This document shows, piece by piece, positions 62,200-64,000 of a stretch of 64,000 nucleotides of DNA. The notes under the pieces are model-generated. The model was not told where the DNA came from and did no database searches. It worked only from the letters and a program-made list of their open reading frames with translations. Position 1 is the first letter of the stretch. Each line of letters opens with the position of its first letter. The stretch is taken from NCBI GenBank assembly GCA_026391845.1, contig JAPLDG010000300.1:19595-83594 (forward strand), given 5' to 3'. Origin of the DNA: Bacteroidota bacterium (GTDB taxonomy: Bacteria > Bacteroidota > Bacteroidia > Bacteroidales > FEN-979). A program made the position numbers and the translations under genes.

Positions 62200-63645
62200 T
62201 TATGGCTCAATCCACAGCACCGAATTCCCGGTGCCATATTCATTGTCCTCCCAGAGGGTGTTGGACGGGTCGAGGATCCATTTGTTGTCGACGATAAACT
62301 TATAGGTATATTTCCCGGGTTTCAGGTAAACGGGAAACCACCAGGTTCCCTGGCGCAGATCCATCCGGTAATTTTGGGTGTTCCAGTTGTTGAAGCTACC
62401 GGTAACGATGGCTTTGTCGGCATCGGAATGTTGTTCCAGCCTGAACCAGTAATCGGGTTTCACACACAGGTAGGAGTTGATTTCATTGCCCTCGCTTACC
62501 TGGTATGGATTTGATGGATCAATAATCCATTCCCCGTCAACAATGAACTTGTAATCGTAACCGCCGGGTGCAAGAACGTAGGGCAGTTGCCAGCCTCCCC
62601 GGGTTTTGGACATGGAGAGCTCTTCCTGGTTCCATTCGTTGAAATTCCCGCTTACGATCACCTTCCTGGCATTTGGGTATCCTTTGAGCATAAAGAACAG
62701 GGTATCGCCGATTCCCAGGAAAGAGTTCAGGTTACCCCGGCCGTCGGGCCTGGTAACTTTATTCGCCGGATCGGTGGTCCACTCCCCGTCAACGATAAAC
62801 TTATAGGCATGGGTCCCCTCTCTCAGAAACAGGTTCAGCACCCAGCTTCCGCGAAATCTCACCATTCTCAGCTCCTCCTTGTTCCATTGGTTGAAACTGC
62901 CTGCCACCAGCACCTTGTGTGCATCCGGGTATCCATTCAATACAAATTTGTAATTGTAGCAGAAAAAAACGTTGTTGTAACCGTGATTGGCATCGTTTTC
63001 ACGAAGTTTGTTGAATGAATCGCTGGTCCATTTCCCATCGACAATATATTTATAGGTATATTTTCCAGGCTTCAGTTTCAGGGTGACCGTCCAGCCCGAA
63101 TCACAAGACTGCATCGGGGTTTGCAGGGTACTCCATGCATTGAATGAACCGGAAAGATATATCCTTTTCGCATTTTTTTGCCCCGGAAGGAAAAACCGCA
63201 ACCGCTCGCCGGACAACTGTACGATGGTGTTACGGGTCAGCTTGTTAACACCGTATGGCACCGACGCTCTGTCTCCGGTTTCGGCAGGAGTGATCAACTG
63301 GTCGTCGAGCAGGAAAATCTTATCCTTTGAATCCTCACTGCCGGCCGGTTTTCCCGGTTCCACGGAAAGTTCAAAGCGGTTTGCATCTATTTTACGGGTC
63401 TTCCACACGCGGCCGCTATCGTTGATCACCGGCTTTAATGCAAATGCCCTGGAAACCACGGCGCTGTCGAGGTTGAACATTTTCGCAATCTCCCTGCGCT
63501 GGGCTTTAGTCCACCGCTGATCAAGCAGAAAGACCGGGTTGCCGTTTTCGATCCGACAAACTTTCTTCGGATCATACTGTGCATGGGCAATGGTGGCCGC
63601 AACCAGCAAGAACAAAACGAACATCCAGGCACACCGGGTTCTCAT
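62200..63645 (-). CDS. Secreted protein with four tandem AMPK-beta/CBM48-like glycogen-binding modules
   Basis: Signal peptide. Four repeats of the form (V/I)xxSGSFNxWxxxxxxMxxxxxxWxxxxxLxPGxYxYKFIVDGxWxxDP. Confidence 0.78.
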   Translation of the reverse strand: MRTRCAWMFVLFLLVAATIAHAQYDPKKVCRIENGNPVFLLDQRWTKAQRREIAKMFNLDSAVVSRAFALKPVINDSGRVWKTRKIDANRFELSVEPGKPAGSEDSKDKIFLLDDQLITPAETGDRASVPYGVNKLTRNTIVQLSGERLRFFLPGQKNAKRIYLSGSFNAWSTLQTPMQSCDSGWTVTLKLKPGKYTYKYIVDGKWTSDSFNKLRENDANHGYNNVFFCYNYKFVLNGYPDAHKVLVAGSFNQWNKEELRMVRFRGSWVLNLFLREGTHAYKFIVDGEWTTDPANKVTRPDGRGNLNSFLGIGDTLFFMLKGYPNARKVIVSGNFNEWNQEELSMSKTRGGWQLPYVLAPGGYDYKFIVDGEWIIDPSNPYQVSEGNEINSYLCVKPDYWFRLEQHSDADKAIVTGSFNNWNTQNYRMDLRQGTWWFPVYLKPGKYTYKFIVDNKWILDPSNTLWEDNEYGTGNSVLWIEP

Positions 63646-64000
63646 TTTTTTCCCTCCGTGTTAAGGCAGATCCCCATCTGTTTTCTTACCAGATTTATAT
63701 AAATTTTTCCTTTTATAAAAAAATCATACCCCAGCATGCCATCGATGGAACATCCATATTTTTGCGACATGGCGGCCAGGCTGCAAACGATCGTTTCCAT
63801 GGGCTTTATCTGCCGGCCACCCATTGAAAAATCATTGAGCGTGCCATACAGAACTTCCCCCCTGTTTTCGCCCACGCCACTGAGGTCAGACCGCCGTGTG
63901 ATGGTAACGGTTGCCAGCACCGCTTTATGGGCATCAATGCTCAGCACGTTGGATTCGGCGCCGGTATCGAGGCAGAAATCCAGGACTTTCCCGCCAATGA
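63642..64000 (-). CDS. Retropepsin-like (clan AA) aspartyl protease, N-terminus outside the window
   Basis: The frame is open to the window edge. The upstream part reads ...IGGKVLDFCLDTGAESNVLSIDAH... with the D-T-G-A active-site motif. Its stop overlaps the CBM48 gene start (ATGA). Confidence 0.7.
   Translation of the reverse strand, partial: IGGKVLDFCLDTGAESNVLSIDAHKAVLATVTITRRSDLSGVGENRGEVLYGTLNDFSMGGRQIKPMETIVCSLAAMSQKYGCSIDGMLGYDFFIKGKIYINLVRKQMGICLNTEGKK

Noticed and set aside
1-64000. Search for tRNA, rRNA, tmRNA, riboswitches, transposases, integrases and prophage genes
   Set aside because: No T-loop (GGTTCGAATCC-like) or cloverleaf candidates occur in any intergenic region. No rRNA-like stretches were seen. 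The leaders of the C-S lyase and other biosynthetic genes show no riboswitch-like conserved cores that I recognise. No recombinase or transposase motifs occur in any ORF.

Overview
This 64-kb chromosomal segment looks like a Bacteroidota genome. Four genes end in type IX secretion (T9SS) C-terminal sorting domains. SprB-repeat, FISUMP, DUF4907 and BlaR1-TonB proteins are present, several upstream regions carry TAnnTTTG-type -7 boxes, and no Shine-Dalgarno signals are evident. I call about 48 protein-coding genes. I found no rRNA, tRNA, CRISPR array, transposase, integrase or phage gene. Content, left to right:

- **1-11.4 kb:** secreted and T9SS cargo genes, including a 1600-aa CBM/PKD/GH-A-like/PQQ-propeller protein.
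- **11.6-18.0 kb:** a five-gene PrsW / ECF sigma / anti-sigma / membrane protein / HExxH-propeller-barrel unit. The last gene is frameshifted.
- **18-35 kb:** housekeeping and redox genes: GMC oxidoreductase plus class-3 ALDH, Fe-SOD, S41 peptidase, BlaI/BlaR1-TonB, Ldh_2 and L-2-hydroxyglutarate oxidase.
- **35-43.5 kb:** a LytTR two-component system next to DUF4907, a duplicated 7+7-blade propeller T9SS cargo and a MORN-variant gene.
- **43.5-46.7 kb:** a tightly coupled three-gene cassette (orphan all-alpha protein, TPR-AAA+ ATPase, TPR-polytopic membrane protein) that I cannot assign to a described system.
- **46.8-64 kb:** a signalling and stress block: TPR hybrid kinase, TPR class III cyclase, two tandem-USP genes, and a LuxR/PAS-kinase pair interleaved with duplicated small secreted paralogs that share a conserved upstream module with TGCGTAAAA/TTTTACGCA inverted repeats.

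The intergenic DNA is unusually structured. It contains 7-nt phased micro-arrays (GTGACRC, TTCGTCA, TCTSARA, and TTTG-containing heptads) and a three-copy C-rich element. All functional calls rest on motif recognition by eye. No database search was run.
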